Assembly (NCBI GenBank): GCA_043765195.1
Contig: JAYUJN010000001.1
Coordinates: 134,171 to 198,170, forward strand
Direction of reading: 5' to 3'
Source: Bacteroidota bacterium
Lineage (GTDB): Bacteria > Bacteroidota > Bacteroidia > UBA7662 > JAYUJN01
DNA length: 64,000 nt
The translations under genes and the position numbers were made by a program. How positions within the stretch are numbered: the first letter of the stretch is position 1; every line of letters starts with the position of its first letter. Below the pieces are notes generated by a model that saw only the letters and a program-made list of their open reading frames with translations, did not search any database and was not told where the DNA came from. Shown in pieces: positions 16,267 through 26,280 of the stretch.

Positions 16267-17034
16267 TCAAAAACCAGTTTTTTGCTCCACATCTAAGAAA
16301 GTAATTTCATCTTCATCTGGCAGTTCGGCATCTATTTGCATTAATACACCAAGTGTGATTAGGTACAAACCCAAGGCATAGCACAAAAAGTAACCAGCCT
16401 CAAAGTAAACAAAATACGATTGGTAATCCTCGGAGTTTATAAACGAATAATTTTTAAAGGCATAAACGATAAATGAAAGTACCAAGAGAAAAGTTCCTCT
16501 CAAAACAGTGTTGAAACTGGCATCTTTTACGTTGTATTTGCGGTTTAGGGCTGCAAAAATAATTATTACGCAACCTACTTCGCACGCCATTACTGGAAAG
16601 TTTACAAAGCCTAAGGTGCGAATGAGCATGGCGTGCATACCCAAAAACAAAAACGGTACTACGAGCAATATGCCCAAGTTTTCGGCTAAATAGGGTCGTT
16701 CGTTTTTGAAGTTGGAGCTGCGCCCAAATGCCATGGCAAAAATAACCATTGCCAAAAAATACAAGCCTTTTTGGGCAATATCCACGCTGCTGCCCAAGGC
16801 TGCTATGCCGCATACCAGCAGAGCGGTGGAAGTAAGCAGGCGCAACCCGCCGAGCCTGGCACGCTCCACGCTTTGGCGCTGGGTAACGGCAAAAAAGAAA
16901 AATGCTAAAACCAAAGGCAATGCCGCCACTACACCATTCAAATACGGAATTTGTGGTACAAATGCCGAAGCGATGCCAACAATGGCTAAAACCACATAGA
17001 GTGGCGTAAATTTAGACATACTAAGTTTTTTCAC
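16267..17034 (-). CDS. Multi-pass membrane protein of unknown function
   Basis: The 255-aa ORF has roughly 8 hydrophobic segments. I cannot assign a family confidently. Confidence 0.6.
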   Translation of the reverse strand: MKKLSMSKFTPLYVVLAIVGIASAFVPQIPYLNGVVAALPLVLAFFFFAVTQRQSVERARLGGLRLLTSTALLVCGIAALGSSVDIAQKGLYFLAMVIFAMAFGRSSNFKNERPYLAENLGILLVVPFLFLGMHAMLIRTLGFVNFPVMACEVGCVIIIFAALNRKYNVKDASFNTVLRGTFLLVLSFIVYAFKNYSFINSEDYQSYFVYFEAGYFLCYALGLYLITLGVLMQIDAELPDEDEITFLDVEQKTGF

Positions 17035-17138
17035 GGTTTTTTGTTTTGTTTAGTGTTTTTTTGTGTACCCATAATTTTGTGGCAAATTTACAAGAAATAA
17101 AAGGTATTTTTGCAAAAAAAATCAATTCTTTTATATAA

Positions 17139-19130
17139 ATGCACACATCTACCCAAAAACTCATTGCCGAAATCAAAGGTTTGGTCATGGACGCTACCCG
17201 CAAAGCCAATTCTGGGCACCCAGGCGGTGCTTTTTCTTCGTCCGATTTTGCCGCTATTTTGTTTAGCGAGTACCTCAGTTTTTCGCCTAAGCACCCCAAG
17301 TGGCACAATAGAGATAGGTTTGTGCTGTCGGCAGGGCATGAAAGTATGCTGCTGTATGCGCTGCTGCACTTTGCTGGCTTACTTAGCACCGACGACCTAA
17401 AAAAGTTCAGGCAAATAGGCAGCCTTACCCCTGGACACCCCGAAAACCACCTTACACCTGGCGTGGAGGCTACCACGGGTCCGCTGGGGCAGGGCGTGAG
17501 CATGGCGGTGGGCATGGCTATGGGCGAAAAAATTACGGGTGCGCAGTTTGGCACCGAGTTTTGTAACCACAAAGTATATGCGTTGGTTTCCGATGGTGAT
17601 TTGCAAGAATCCGTGGCGCTCGGCACGTGCGCCATTGCGGGGCATTTGTGCTTGAACAACCTTGTGGTGTATTACGACAAAAACGACATTCAAATTTCGG
17701 GCAAAACCTCACGTTCGGATTCTACCGATTATAAAAAACTTTTTGAAGCCCTGCAATGGCAGGTAATGGAAATAAACGGGCATGACCACGAGCAAATTCG
17801 TGGCGCATTGAACCAAGCCAAGGGCGCAGATAGGCAAAAACCGCTGCTCATTATAGGCAATACCATCATGGCTAACGGTGCGGCTACGCTGCAAGGAAGC
17901 CACAAAACGCATGGCGAGCCGCTACCCGAAGCCGAAATAGCGGCTACCAAATCGCTTTTGGGTTTAGACCCAAATGAGTACTTTTTTAGCTCCACGGAAA
18001 CGAAGCAGTTTTTTTATAAAAACCTCGAAAAAAGCGACCAGATAGCCGCAGCCGACCAAATAAAAATAGCCGAAATGCGTAAAATTTCGTCAGATTTTGA
18101 CAAAAAATTCTCGCAGTTTTACGGAAAACCTACGGTTGAGCTGGCTTATCCTGTGTTTGAGCAAGGCAGCAGCTTGGCTACACGGGAGGCTTTTGGTAAG
18201 GTGCTTACGCACTGGGCTACTGAGCTACCCAACCTTGTGGGCGGCAGTGCCGACCTGGAACCGAGCAACAACACGGCGGGTTTTATGCAAGCCGTGGGCG
18301 ACTTTACGGCACAAAACAGGCTGGGGCGCAACATCGCTTTTGGCGTGCGGGAGTTCCCTATGGCAGCCATTATGAATGGTTTGGCGTTGTACGGCGGCAT
18401 TTTGTCGTTTGGGGCTACGTTCCTTACTTTTTCCGATTATTGCCGTAATGCCATACGCATGAGCGCCATACAGGAGCTGCAAACGCTCTATGTTTTTACG
18501 CACGACAGCATTTTTTTGGGTGAAGACGGACCCACGCACCAACCCATAGAGCATATAGCCAGCCTGCGAGCCATGCCCAATTTGCTGGTAATGCGCCCCG
18601 CCGATGCCCACGAAACGGTGGCGTGTATGCAGGTTTTTTTGCAAGAAAAAAAGCGACCCAGTTTGCTTGCGCTATCCCGCCAAAAGCTGCCCACGCTGCC
18701 GCAGCACATCGCACAAAATGCGGTAAAGGGAGCGTATATTTTGCAGCAAAGCCAGCCAGAAAATGCCCAAACCGATGTGGTTATTTTTGCCACGGGTTCG
18801 GAGGTGCATTTGGCGGTGAGCGTAGCCGAAACGCTAAAAATCCACTTTGAACATAATATTACGGTGGTATCTGTGCCTTGTTGGGAGCTATTTTTTGAGC
18901 AAACGCCCGCTTATATCCAGCAGGTTTTACAGCTCGATGCAAGCATAAAAATAAGCATAGAAGCTGGCACAACTTTTGGGTGGGAACGGTTTGTGGGGCA
19001 AAATGGCATAAAAATTGGTATAGATACTTTTGGGCTATCTGCACCACAAAAAGACTTAGAGGCGCATTTTGGGTTTGAAACCGATGCGATATGTAAAAAA
19101 ATAATTAACCATAAACAAAATCAAGCATGA
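17139..19130 (+). CDS. tkt: Transketolase
   Basis: SGHPGGAFSSSD, the GHESMLLYALLH ThDP-binding region, GEDGPTHQPIEH, and a length of 663 aa. Confidence 0.95.
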   Translation: MHTSTQKLIAEIKGLVMDATRKANSGHPGGAFSSSDFAAILFSEYLSFSPKHPKWHNRDRFVLSAGHESMLLYALLHFAGLLSTDDLKKFRQIGSLTPGHPENHLTPGVEATTGPLGQGVSMAVGMAMGEKITGAQFGTEFCNHKVYALVSDGDLQESVALGTCAIAGHLCLNNLVVYYDKNDIQISGKTSRSDSTDYKKLFEALQWQVMEINGHDHEQIRGALNQAKGADRQKPLLIIGNTIMANGAATLQGSHKTHGEPLPEAEIAATKSLLGLDPNEYFFSSTETKQFFYKNLEKSDQIAAADQIKIAEMRKISSDFDKKFSQFYGKPTVELAYPVFEQGSSLATREAFGKVLTHWATELPNLVGGSADLEPSNNTAGFMQAVGDFTAQNRLGRNIAFGVREFPMAAIMNGLALYGGILSFGATFLTFSDYCRNAIRMSAIQELQTLYVFTHDSIFLGEDGPTHQPIEHIASLRAMPNLLVMRPADAHETVACMQVFLQEKKRPSLLALSRQKLPTLPQHIAQNAVKGAYILQQSQPENAQTDVVIFATGSEVHLAVSVAETLKIHFEHNITVVSVPCWELFFEQTPAYIQQVLQLDASIKISIEAGTTFGWERFVGQNGIKIGIDTFGLSAPQKDLEAHFGFETDAICKKIINHKQNQA

Positions 19131-19507
19131 ATAAAGCGTATGAAGACGTAGCGGTTTTTCACCAAAAATTTAACCACCCAACAGCAGAAAAGCCACTGTT
19201 TATGCCCGAGCTGCGGGCGCAAGCTCGCAGCAAATGGATGCGTGAAGAAATACAGGAGTTTTTAGATGCCGAAAATATATACGACCAAGCCGATGCCATG
19301 ATAGACCTCATTTATTTTGCGCTGGGTACGATGGTGGAGATGGGCGTAAAACCCGATGCGCTTTTTGACATTGTGCATCAAGCCAATATGCAAAAACTGT
19401 GGAGCGATGGCAAGCCGCATTACAACGCCGACGGTAAAACGATAAAGCCCGAGGGCTGGCAAAATCCTTACCCATTACTTAAAGCAGAAATAGATAAAAA
19501 TACGTAA
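19127..19507 (+). CDS. MazG-like all-alpha nucleoside triphosphate pyrophosphohydrolase family protein
   Basis: VFHQKF..P, a REEIQEF..A pattern, ADAMIDLIYFALGT and VHQANMQK resemble the small MazG/HisE-like family. The ATG overlaps the tkt stop. Confidence 0.6.
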   Translation: MNKAYEDVAVFHQKFNHPTAEKPLFMPELRAQARSKWMREEIQEFLDAENIYDQADAMIDLIYFALGTMVEMGVKPDALFDIVHQANMQKLWSDGKPHYNADGKTIKPEGWQNPYPLLKAEIDKNT

Positions 19508-19541
19508 CTTTGCAGCCCAAAAACACTGATAAAACATAAAA

Positions 19542-20558
19542 ATGAAAATAATAATACCCATGGCGGGCATCGGCAAACGTATGCGCCCGCACACCCTTAG
19601 CGTACCCAAACCGTTGGTGGTGGTGGCTGGAAAACCCATTGTGCAACACCTCGTAGAGAGCATAAGCACCGTGTGCCAAGAGCCAATTACGGAGATAGCC
19701 TATATTTTGGGCGACAGCGAAATGTTTGGTAAAGCCGTGCAGCAAAGCCTGGTGGAGCTGGCACAAAGTTTGGGCGCTACCGCCAGCCTTTTTGTGCAAA
19801 AAGAACCCTTGGGTACTGCCCACGCCATACTTTGTGCCGAAGCCAGCCTTAGCGGAAAAGTAGTGGTGGCTTTTGCCGATACGCTTTTTAAAGCCGATTT
19901 TGTACTCGACTCGGAGCAAGACGGCATTATTTGGGTGAGTAAAATAGAAGACCCACGGGCTTTTGGGGTGGTAAAGCTAAACGAAACGGGCAACATAACC
20001 GATTTTTATGAAAAACCCGAAACTTTTGTGTCCGATTTGGCGATTATAGGCATTTATTACTTTAAAGATGGCGAAAACCTGAAAAAAGAACTGCAATACC
20101 TCATAACCAACGACATAAAAGAAAAGGGCGAATACCAGCTCACCAACGCCCTCGAAAACATGAAAAACAAAGGGCTGAAATTTACGGCATCTGCCGTAAC
20201 CGAGTGGCTGGATTGTGGCAACAAAAATGCGACCGTTTACACCAACCAACGAATGCTGGAAATACTGCACCAACAGCAAAAAAACACCGTTTCGGCAAAC
20301 ATACACACCGAAAATGCGCACATCATCGCTCCATGTTTTATAGGCGAGGGCGTTACCATAAAAAATTCGGTGGTGGGCCCGCACGTGAGCATAGGCGCAG
20401 GCACGCTGGTAGAGCGCAGCGTAATATCCAATAGCATCATTCAAAACCACAGCCACATAGCCAACACCGTACTGCACAACAGCATGGTGGGCAGCCACAC
20501 CATACTTGCGGGCAAGCCGCTCGATGCCAGCATAGGCGACTACAACGAAATTGGTTAA
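19542..20558 (+). CDS. Sugar-phosphate nucleotidyltransferase with a C-terminal left-handed beta-helix
   Basis: MKIIIPMAGIGKRMRPHTLSVPKPLV is the NTP-transferase signature. Hexapeptide-like repeats fill the last roughly 100 aa. Confidence 0.85.
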   Translation: MKIIIPMAGIGKRMRPHTLSVPKPLVVVAGKPIVQHLVESISTVCQEPITEIAYILGDSEMFGKAVQQSLVELAQSLGATASLFVQKEPLGTAHAILCAEASLSGKVVVAFADTLFKADFVLDSEQDGIIWVSKIEDPRAFGVVKLNETGNITDFYEKPETFVSDLAIIGIYYFKDGENLKKELQYLITNDIKEKGEYQLTNALENMKNKGLKFTASAVTEWLDCGNKNATVYTNQRMLEILHQQQKNTVSANIHTENAHIIAPCFIGEGVTIKNSVVGPHVSIGAGTLVERSVISNSIIQNHSHIANTVLHNSMVGSHTILAGKPLDASIGDYNEIG

Positions 20559-20690
20559 AAAAAGTTAATAGTTGGTTTGACTACGCATTTATTTCACACA
20601 AACGTAATAATGGTATAATTTTTAATTAAACCAACTATTGTACATTTGTATCCGTTCTTAAAGGTACTATACTCAAAACCAAACCAAGCC

Positions 20691-21335
20691 ATGTCGAACC
20701 TACTCACACTCAAAGTTAAATTACAAAGTGCACATTTGCCAATATGGCGCACCATAAAAATAGATAGCTCACTTAGCTTTCTTGACTTTCACCACGTTTT
20801 GCAGGCAGCCATTGGCTGGCAAAATGAGCACCTTTTTCAGTTTGAAATAATGCAAGGCACAAAAGAAACGCAAGAAACGATACGCATAAGCGACCCCGAG
20901 TTTTTGGAAGACGACTCGATATTAGACGCAAAAACGGTAAAATTAAGCAGTTTTTTGACCGCCAAAGGCAAGGTTTTGGAGTATATTTACGATTTTGGAG
21001 ACTACTGGCAACACCGCATAGAACTAACCGACATAGAACCCCAAGCCGAAGAAAAGGTAATGGCGCAGTGCGTGGCGGGAAAGTCGGCTTGCCCACCCGA
21101 AGACTGCGGCGGCGTGTATGGCTACCAAGATTTGGTGGAAGCCATAGCCGACCCCAAAAACAAAGAACACGCAGACCTTTTGGATTGGTTGGGCTTAGAA
21201 AAAGCCTCGGATTTTGATGCCAAAGCATTTAATGTGGCAGATGCCAACAAAGCCGTACAAAAGTATTTTTCGCAAAAAACAAAGAAGAACCAAAGCTCTG
21301 CGAACAAAAACTTTATGTTTAGTTGGTTGTTTTAA
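20691..21335 (+). CDS. pRiA4b ORF-3-like family protein
   Basis: LTLKVKLQSAHLPIWRTIKI...FHHVLQAAIGWQNEHLFQFEI and ACPPEDCGGVYGY are typical of this family. The ATG at 20691 is preferred over the TTG at 20646. Confidence 0.75.
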   Translation: MSNLLTLKVKLQSAHLPIWRTIKIDSSLSFLDFHHVLQAAIGWQNEHLFQFEIMQGTKETQETIRISDPEFLEDDSILDAKTVKLSSFLTAKGKVLEYIYDFGDYWQHRIELTDIEPQAEEKVMAQCVAGKSACPPEDCGGVYGYQDLVEAIADPKNKEHADLLDWLGLEKASDFDAKAFNVADANKAVQKYFSQKTKKNQSSANKNFMFSWLF

Positions 21336-21367
21336 GCCCCTTGCGCCTTGCCCCACCAACTTTTTAG

Positions 21368-22105
21368 ATGCCCAAACCAACCATTAGTATCGTAACCGTA
21401 GTATATAACGGCGAAAAACTGCTCGAAAAAACCATATTGAGCATTGTAAACCAAAGCTATAAAAACATAGAGTATTTGGTTGTAAACGGCGCATCTACCG
21501 ACGACACGCACCAATTGATGCAAACCTACGCCGACAAAATTAGCTATCAGGTTTCGGAGCCAGATGCGGGCATTTACCATGCCATGAACAAGGCACTGCG
21601 GGCAGCCACAGGCGATTTTGTTTGGTTTATAAATGCTGGCGACCAAATTTACAGCCCCGATACGCTCACACAAATTTTTGACAACGAACACAGTTTGGCG
21701 GACATTTACTACGGCGAAGCTGTGGTTATAAACCAAAACGACGAAGTGCTGGGCTACCGCAAACACCGCCCGCCCGCTGCGCTACACGCCCGTAGCCTGC
21801 GCCGAGGCATGGTGGTGAGCCATCAGGCTTTTATAGTGCGGCGCAGCCTTGCGCCACTTTACGACCTCCAATACCGCATTTGCGCCGACGTAGATTGGGT
21901 GATAAATTGCCTCAATGCTACCAAAAACGTGCGGAACACAAACGCTGTTTTAGCCAAATTTTTGGAGGCGGGCGTTTCACAAAAAAAGTATAGGCTCGCC
22001 TGGCAAGAACGCTACAATGTATTAAAAAAACACTATGGCGTGGCGGCAAACCTATACAATCATTTTTTTATTGCGCTGAATTATCTGGCAAAAAAGCGAT
22101 TTTAA
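21368..22105 (+). CDS. Glycosyltransferase family 2
   Basis: ISIVTVVYNGEKLLEKTILSIVNQSYKNIEYLVVNGASTD is the GT2 N-terminal signature. Confidence 0.9.
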   Translation: MPKPTISIVTVVYNGEKLLEKTILSIVNQSYKNIEYLVVNGASTDDTHQLMQTYADKISYQVSEPDAGIYHAMNKALRAATGDFVWFINAGDQIYSPDTLTQIFDNEHSLADIYYGEAVVINQNDEVLGYRKHRPPAALHARSLRRGMVVSHQAFIVRRSLAPLYDLQYRICADVDWVINCLNATKNVRNTNAVLAKFLEAGVSQKKYRLAWQERYNVLKKHYGVAANLYNHFFIALNYLAKKRF

Positions 22106-22112
22106 GCCAAGT

Positions 22113-22619
22113 TTACTGGATTTTGCTCACAAAACTGCCTTTTATTTGCTTAGAAGTGCTGGTAACGCTGTCGTTTACGAGCTTAAAAAGCGTGAGGTCG
22201 TAGCTGCCTTTTATTTCTTTGGCTGCCGTATCTATCGCCGAAATAACCACGCTGCCCGTACCCAAGGTACTGCCGCCGCCGTTCGAGGCAAAAATGGTGG
22301 TGTTTTCGGTGTAGCTCGCAAAGTTTCCCTTTTTCGAAATGTCGTAGGTGCGTAGCTTAGTGCCAGTGGTATCCACGAGGTTTATAAGCACCGTGCGGGC
22401 ATCGCTGCGAGAGGCAAAAACGCCCGTAATTTCTACCGCCGATGCGCCCGCCACCTGCGTAAAGCCCAGCGTGAGGCAAGTTGCCGCCGAAAAACTCGAG
22501 CCATCTACCATCAAATCCATGGTGCCCAGTTTCTTTTTGATGCCGTCGGTGATGAGGCTGCATTGCCCCAAACCCAAGCCAGCCACCAAGAGCAGGCACA
22601 CAAGTTGTAATTTTTTCAT
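22113..22619 (-). CDS. Hypothetical lipoprotein
   Basis: The signal peptide has a lipobox-like cysteine (LLLVAGLGLGQCS). I recognise no family. Confidence 0.6.
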   Translation of the reverse strand: MKKLQLVCLLLVAGLGLGQCSLITDGIKKKLGTMDLMVDGSSFSAATCLTLGFTQVAGASAVEITGVFASRSDARTVLINLVDTTGTKLRTYDISKKGNFASYTENTTIFASNGGGSTLGTGSVVISAIDTAAKEIKGSYDLTLFKLVNDSVTSTSKQIKGSFVSKIQ

Positions 22620-22848
22620 TGTTTTAAGTGTTTAGTTGTAAGTTAGTTTTGTTTTTAGTAACGCAAAAATAGAACCGTTTTTTATAAAAAAGGGGATAAA
22701 TAACAAAAAATTGCACGGTTTTTGTATTAAAAACACTAATAACCAACGAATTATAAATTTTTTTCGTATAATAATGCGAAACTACAAAAAAAATGTATAG
22801 ATTTACAGCGTGTTTTACTCCTAACATAAACAATTTAAAAGCAAAACA

Positions 22849-24066
22849 ATGAAAAAGACACTTTTAATCGCCAGCGCACTGATAGGTGCTACCGTGGCAA
22901 TGGTGGCGTGCCAAAAATACGAAAACACCGATGTGAAGGCGCAAAAGCTCGTGCTGCCCGCCCAACTGGCGAACTATAAGACGGAGTATCCAGCGCATTT
23001 TTTGCAAGAAATAACGCAGATAACAACCGTAACCGATGCAAGCGGAAATATGAAAATAGATACCGTGCAAGGAAACGCCCAAAACCCCAAAATAACCAAT
23101 GCGGGTGCTACGCTGGGCAGGGTGCTTTTTTACGACCGTGCGCTGTCTATAAACAACTCGGTGGCTTGCGCCTCTTGCCACTTGCAAGCGAATGCTTTTT
23201 CGGACAATGTAGCCCATAGCAAGGGTTTTGCGGGCAGTATTACGCCCCGAAACTCCATGGCAATTGTAAATGTGGGCATAAACAACAACCTTTTTTGGGA
23301 CTCGAGGGCGCAATCGGTGCCAGAGCTGGTGAGCCAGCCCATACTAAACCACATAGAAATGGGTATGGAAAACACCGAAGACCTGATAAATAAACTCAAA
23401 AAAATAGCGTACTATGCGCCGTTGTTTGAGGCAGCATTTGGCACTGGTCCTATTACAAGCGAAAAAATAGCCGACGGCATGAGCCAGTTTTTAACCTCCA
23501 TAAAAAGCACCAACTCTAAGTTTGACCAAGGCGTGGCGAGTAATTTTGCCAATTTTAGTAACTTGGAGCTTACTGGAAAAAACATTTTTATGAGCGACCG
23601 TGCGCAGTGCGTACAATGTCATGCGGGCGTTAATTTTTCCGCACCCGACAACAATCCGATGATTTTTAATGGCGGCTCAGGACCGATTATAGACCCTGGT
23701 TTTCCTGGCGGCGGCGGCGGATACGGCTCGCCCGAGGTTAGAGGAACGGCGAACATCGGTTTAGACCTTATTTATGCCGACCAAGGCAAATCAAATGGCA
23801 AGTTTAAAATACCGAGCCTGCGCAACATTGCGCTAACTGCGCCTTATATGCACGACGGCAGGTTTACTACGCTCGCCCAAGTGATAAATCATTATAGCCA
23901 AGATATAAAACCGCACACCAGCTTAGACGATAAGTTTGTGGGCAAAAACGGTTTGAATTTTACAGATGCCGAAAAGAAGGCTTTGGTGGCGTTTTTAAAT
24001 ACACTAACCGACCACTCGATGGTAGGCGATGCCAAGTTTTCGAACCCGTTTGTGGTACAAAACTAA
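22849..24066 (+). CDS. Di-haem cytochrome c peroxidase family protein
   Basis: Signal peptide and two CxxCH haem motifs (CASCH, CVQCH). PSLRNIALTAPYMHDG is the typical CCP/MauG motif. Confidence 0.9.
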   Translation: MKKTLLIASALIGATVAMVACQKYENTDVKAQKLVLPAQLANYKTEYPAHFLQEITQITTVTDASGNMKIDTVQGNAQNPKITNAGATLGRVLFYDRALSINNSVACASCHLQANAFSDNVAHSKGFAGSITPRNSMAIVNVGINNNLFWDSRAQSVPELVSQPILNHIEMGMENTEDLINKLKKIAYYAPLFEAAFGTGPITSEKIADGMSQFLTSIKSTNSKFDQGVASNFANFSNLELTGKNIFMSDRAQCVQCHAGVNFSAPDNNPMIFNGGSGPIIDPGFPGGGGGYGSPEVRGTANIGLDLIYADQGKSNGKFKIPSLRNIALTAPYMHDGRFTTLAQVINHYSQDIKPHTSLDDKFVGKNGLNFTDAEKKALVAFLNTLTDHSMVGDAKFSNPFVVQN

Positions 24067-24083
24067 GGCTGGTATAAAACCAA

Positions 24084-24121
24084 AAATGAGGGCAAATTTA
24101 ATTTGCCCTCATTTTTTTTTT
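24084..24121 (+). terminator. Rho-independent terminator after the cytochrome c peroxidase gene
   Basis: The sequence aaatgagggcaaat-tta-atttgccctcattt is followed by a run of 10 or more T. Confidence 0.85.
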
Positions 24122-24139
24122 CAGGTAAAAGCACGTACC

Positions 24140-24322
24140 TTTGGGGCGTTATGTTGGTTTTGGGCAAGTGTTAAAAGCCCAAATGAAAAGGGAATGCCGT
24201 GAAATTCGGCGACAGTACCCGCTGCTGTAAGTTCTATAAAAAATGTATGAGATTGCACCACTGAATTATAAAATTTGGGAAGGTTCATACACAGAACGAG
24301 TCAGAAGACCTGCCAAGATAGC
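24140..24322 (+). promoter_or_regulatory. Cobalamin (B12) riboswitch
   Basis: The conserved core is aaagggaatgccgtgaaattcggcgacagtacccgctgctgtaa, then gcaccactg...tgggaaggt, then the B12 box gagtcagaagacctgcc. It lies directly upstream of a TonB-dependent receptor. The boundaries are approximate. Confidence 0.85.
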
Positions 24323-24393
24323 TCAAAGTTATGCAACCTACGGGAGTTTGGGTGGTGTATCGAGTTTTTTGTGGTTACTTATTTTTTTTACAG

Positions 24394-26280
24394 ATGCAAC
24401 GTTACAAAGTTGCTTTGGTGTGCCTTTTTTTGGTATTTTTTTGCCAAGAAACCCAAGCCCAAACCGATAGTTTGGTGCGCAGCCTTGCGCCGCTGGTGGT
24501 TACGCAGTCGTATTACAAGCAAGCGTATGGCATCAGGGTCGTTTATTTGGATAGCCTAAATACCCAAAACGGCAGCCTGGACGCAGCACTAAACGCCCAA
24601 ACCAATAGTTTTGTGCGCAATTATGGCTCTGGTACGCTGGCGCTGCCCGCTTTGCGTGGCACGGGTTCGTCGCACACGGCGGTGGTTTGGAATGGCATAA
24701 ACCTACAAAGTGCCATGAACGGTGCAGCCGACCTTGCGCTGCTGCCCAATTATTTTTTTGAAAATGCGAGCCTTATACTGGGCAGCACGAGCAGCTTGTA
24801 TGGCAGCGGCGCAGTGGGTGGCACCATTGTGCTAAACGACAAACAGCGGCTCGAGAGCCAGCCCTCGAGCCTCGAAATAAAACCTGTTTTGGGTAGTTTT
24901 GGCTACCGTTTTTTGGGTACAAAATACCAATTGGGTACAAAAAAACTGTACATCAAAGCCAAGGCATTGACCCAAAAAACCCAAAACAATTATAGCTACC
25001 AAAGCCTCGATTTTGGATTGCCCCAAAAAACGCTGCAAAATGCCCAAAGCCATCAACTGGGCTACATGGTAGAAATGGGCTACAAACCCAACGAAAACAA
25101 CGTGCTGAACCTAAAAATATGGCAGCAGCTCGCCCAGCGGCACATACCGCCCACGCTCACCAGTGCGCCCACCAAGGCATACCAAACCGACAGCACCACC
25201 CGAGCGGCACTGAGCTGGCAGTACCAAAACCGAAATTTTTTGGTGAAGCTGCAAACGGCGTACACCAGCGAAAAAATATTTTATACCGATAGCCTCATTA
25301 GTTTATTTGCCCGCAACCGAGCCATAGCCACCATAAACGAACTGGAAATAAAGCAGGTTTTGGGCAAAATAACGCTCATGGCAGGCACGCAATATAGCTT
25401 GGTGAAGGCAAATTCTACCTCCTATCAGGCGGCGCATACGCTAAACCAAATGGCGGTTTTTGGGCAAATAAATGCCAAAATAAATGCCAAAATAAACGCC
25501 TCGCTGGTGGTGCGCAGGCAGTTTGTGGATTTTAAACCACAGGCTACCACGCCCAGTTTTGGGTTGCATTGGCAAGCCACCAACGAGCTGGAACTCGATG
25601 TAAATGCAGCCAAGAGCTACCGTTTGCCAACGCTGAACGACCTTTTTTGGCAAGACAGCGGCGCAAAGGGAAACCCAGAACTGCTGCCCGAAAGTGGTAA
25701 TAATTTTGGGTTTGGGGCGGTTTTTAGCCGAAAAAATGTGCAGTTTTATGGCAATTTTTTTTATTACCGCATAAAAAACAACATTATATGGCTACCCAAC
25801 CCACAAAATATTTGGCAGCCCGAGAACATACAAATTACGCAAAGCAAAGGCGTGGAGCTGGGCGCAAAGTACGAAAAATCTTTTTTTGAAAATAGCCTGT
25901 GCCGTCTTTCGGTTAAATACACGCATACCCAAGCCACCGATTTGCTAACCCAAAAACAGCTCATTTATACGCCCAAAAACCAAGCCAGTGCCGAGTTTGA
26001 TTTCATTTATAAAAACCTAAAAATGACCTACCAGCACCAATACACAGGTTTGCGCTACGCCACCGCCGACAATTTGAACGGCGTAAAACCCTACCAAATT
26101 GCTTCGTTGGGTGTGCATTATAGGCTAAAAATAAAAGAAAACCACGTGGACATTCAGCTACAAACCAACAATTTATACAACACAAAATACCAAGTGCTGG
26201 CATACAGAATAATGCCGCCACGCAATTTTTTGTTGGGCGTTGGCTTCAATTTTAAAACAAAACAAACAACAATACAATGA
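24394..26280 (+). CDS. btuB: TonB-dependent receptor, BtuB-like vitamin B12 outer-membrane transporter
   Basis: Signal peptide MQRYKVALVCLFLVFFCQETQAQ, a plug domain (GSGTLALPALRGTGSSHTAVVWNGINLQ) and a C-terminal beta-barrel ending in an aromatic-rich segment. It is preceded by a B12 riboswitch. The track start at 24331 would fall within about 10 nt of the riboswitch 3' boundary. Confidence 0.85.
   Translation: MQRYKVALVCLFLVFFCQETQAQTDSLVRSLAPLVVTQSYYKQAYGIRVVYLDSLNTQNGSLDAALNAQTNSFVRNYGSGTLALPALRGTGSSHTAVVWNGINLQSAMNGAADLALLPNYFFENASLILGSTSSLYGSGAVGGTIVLNDKQRLESQPSSLEIKPVLGSFGYRFLGTKYQLGTKKLYIKAKALTQKTQNNYSYQSLDFGLPQKTLQNAQSHQLGYMVEMGYKPNENNVLNLKIWQQLAQRHIPPTLTSAPTKAYQTDSTTRAALSWQYQNRNFLVKLQTAYTSEKIFYTDSLISLFARNRAIATINELEIKQVLGKITLMAGTQYSLVKANSTSYQAAHTLNQMAVFGQINAKINAKINASLVVRRQFVDFKPQATTPSFGLHWQATNELELDVNAAKSYRLPTLNDLFWQDSGAKGNPELLPESGNNFGFGAVFSRKNVQFYGNFFYYRIKNNIIWLPNPQNIWQPENIQITQSKGVELGAKYEKSFFENSLCRLSVKYTHTQATDLLTQKQLIYTPKNQASAEFDFIYKNLKMTYQHQYTGLRYATADNLNGVKPYQIASLGVHYRLKIKENHVDIQLQTNNLYNTKYQVLAYRIMPPRNFLLGVGFNFKTKQTTIQ

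Noticed and set aside
17105-17112. Bacteroidota-type -7 promoter boxes (TAnnTTTG) at 17105-17112 (tkt), 39955-39962 (purF), 41999-42006 (LytM gene) and 47474-47481 (GH31)
   Set aside because: The motif is short and common in this AT/T-rich intergenic sequence. I could not find a -33 TTTG at the expected 19-21 nt spacing for any of them, so I did not report them as features.
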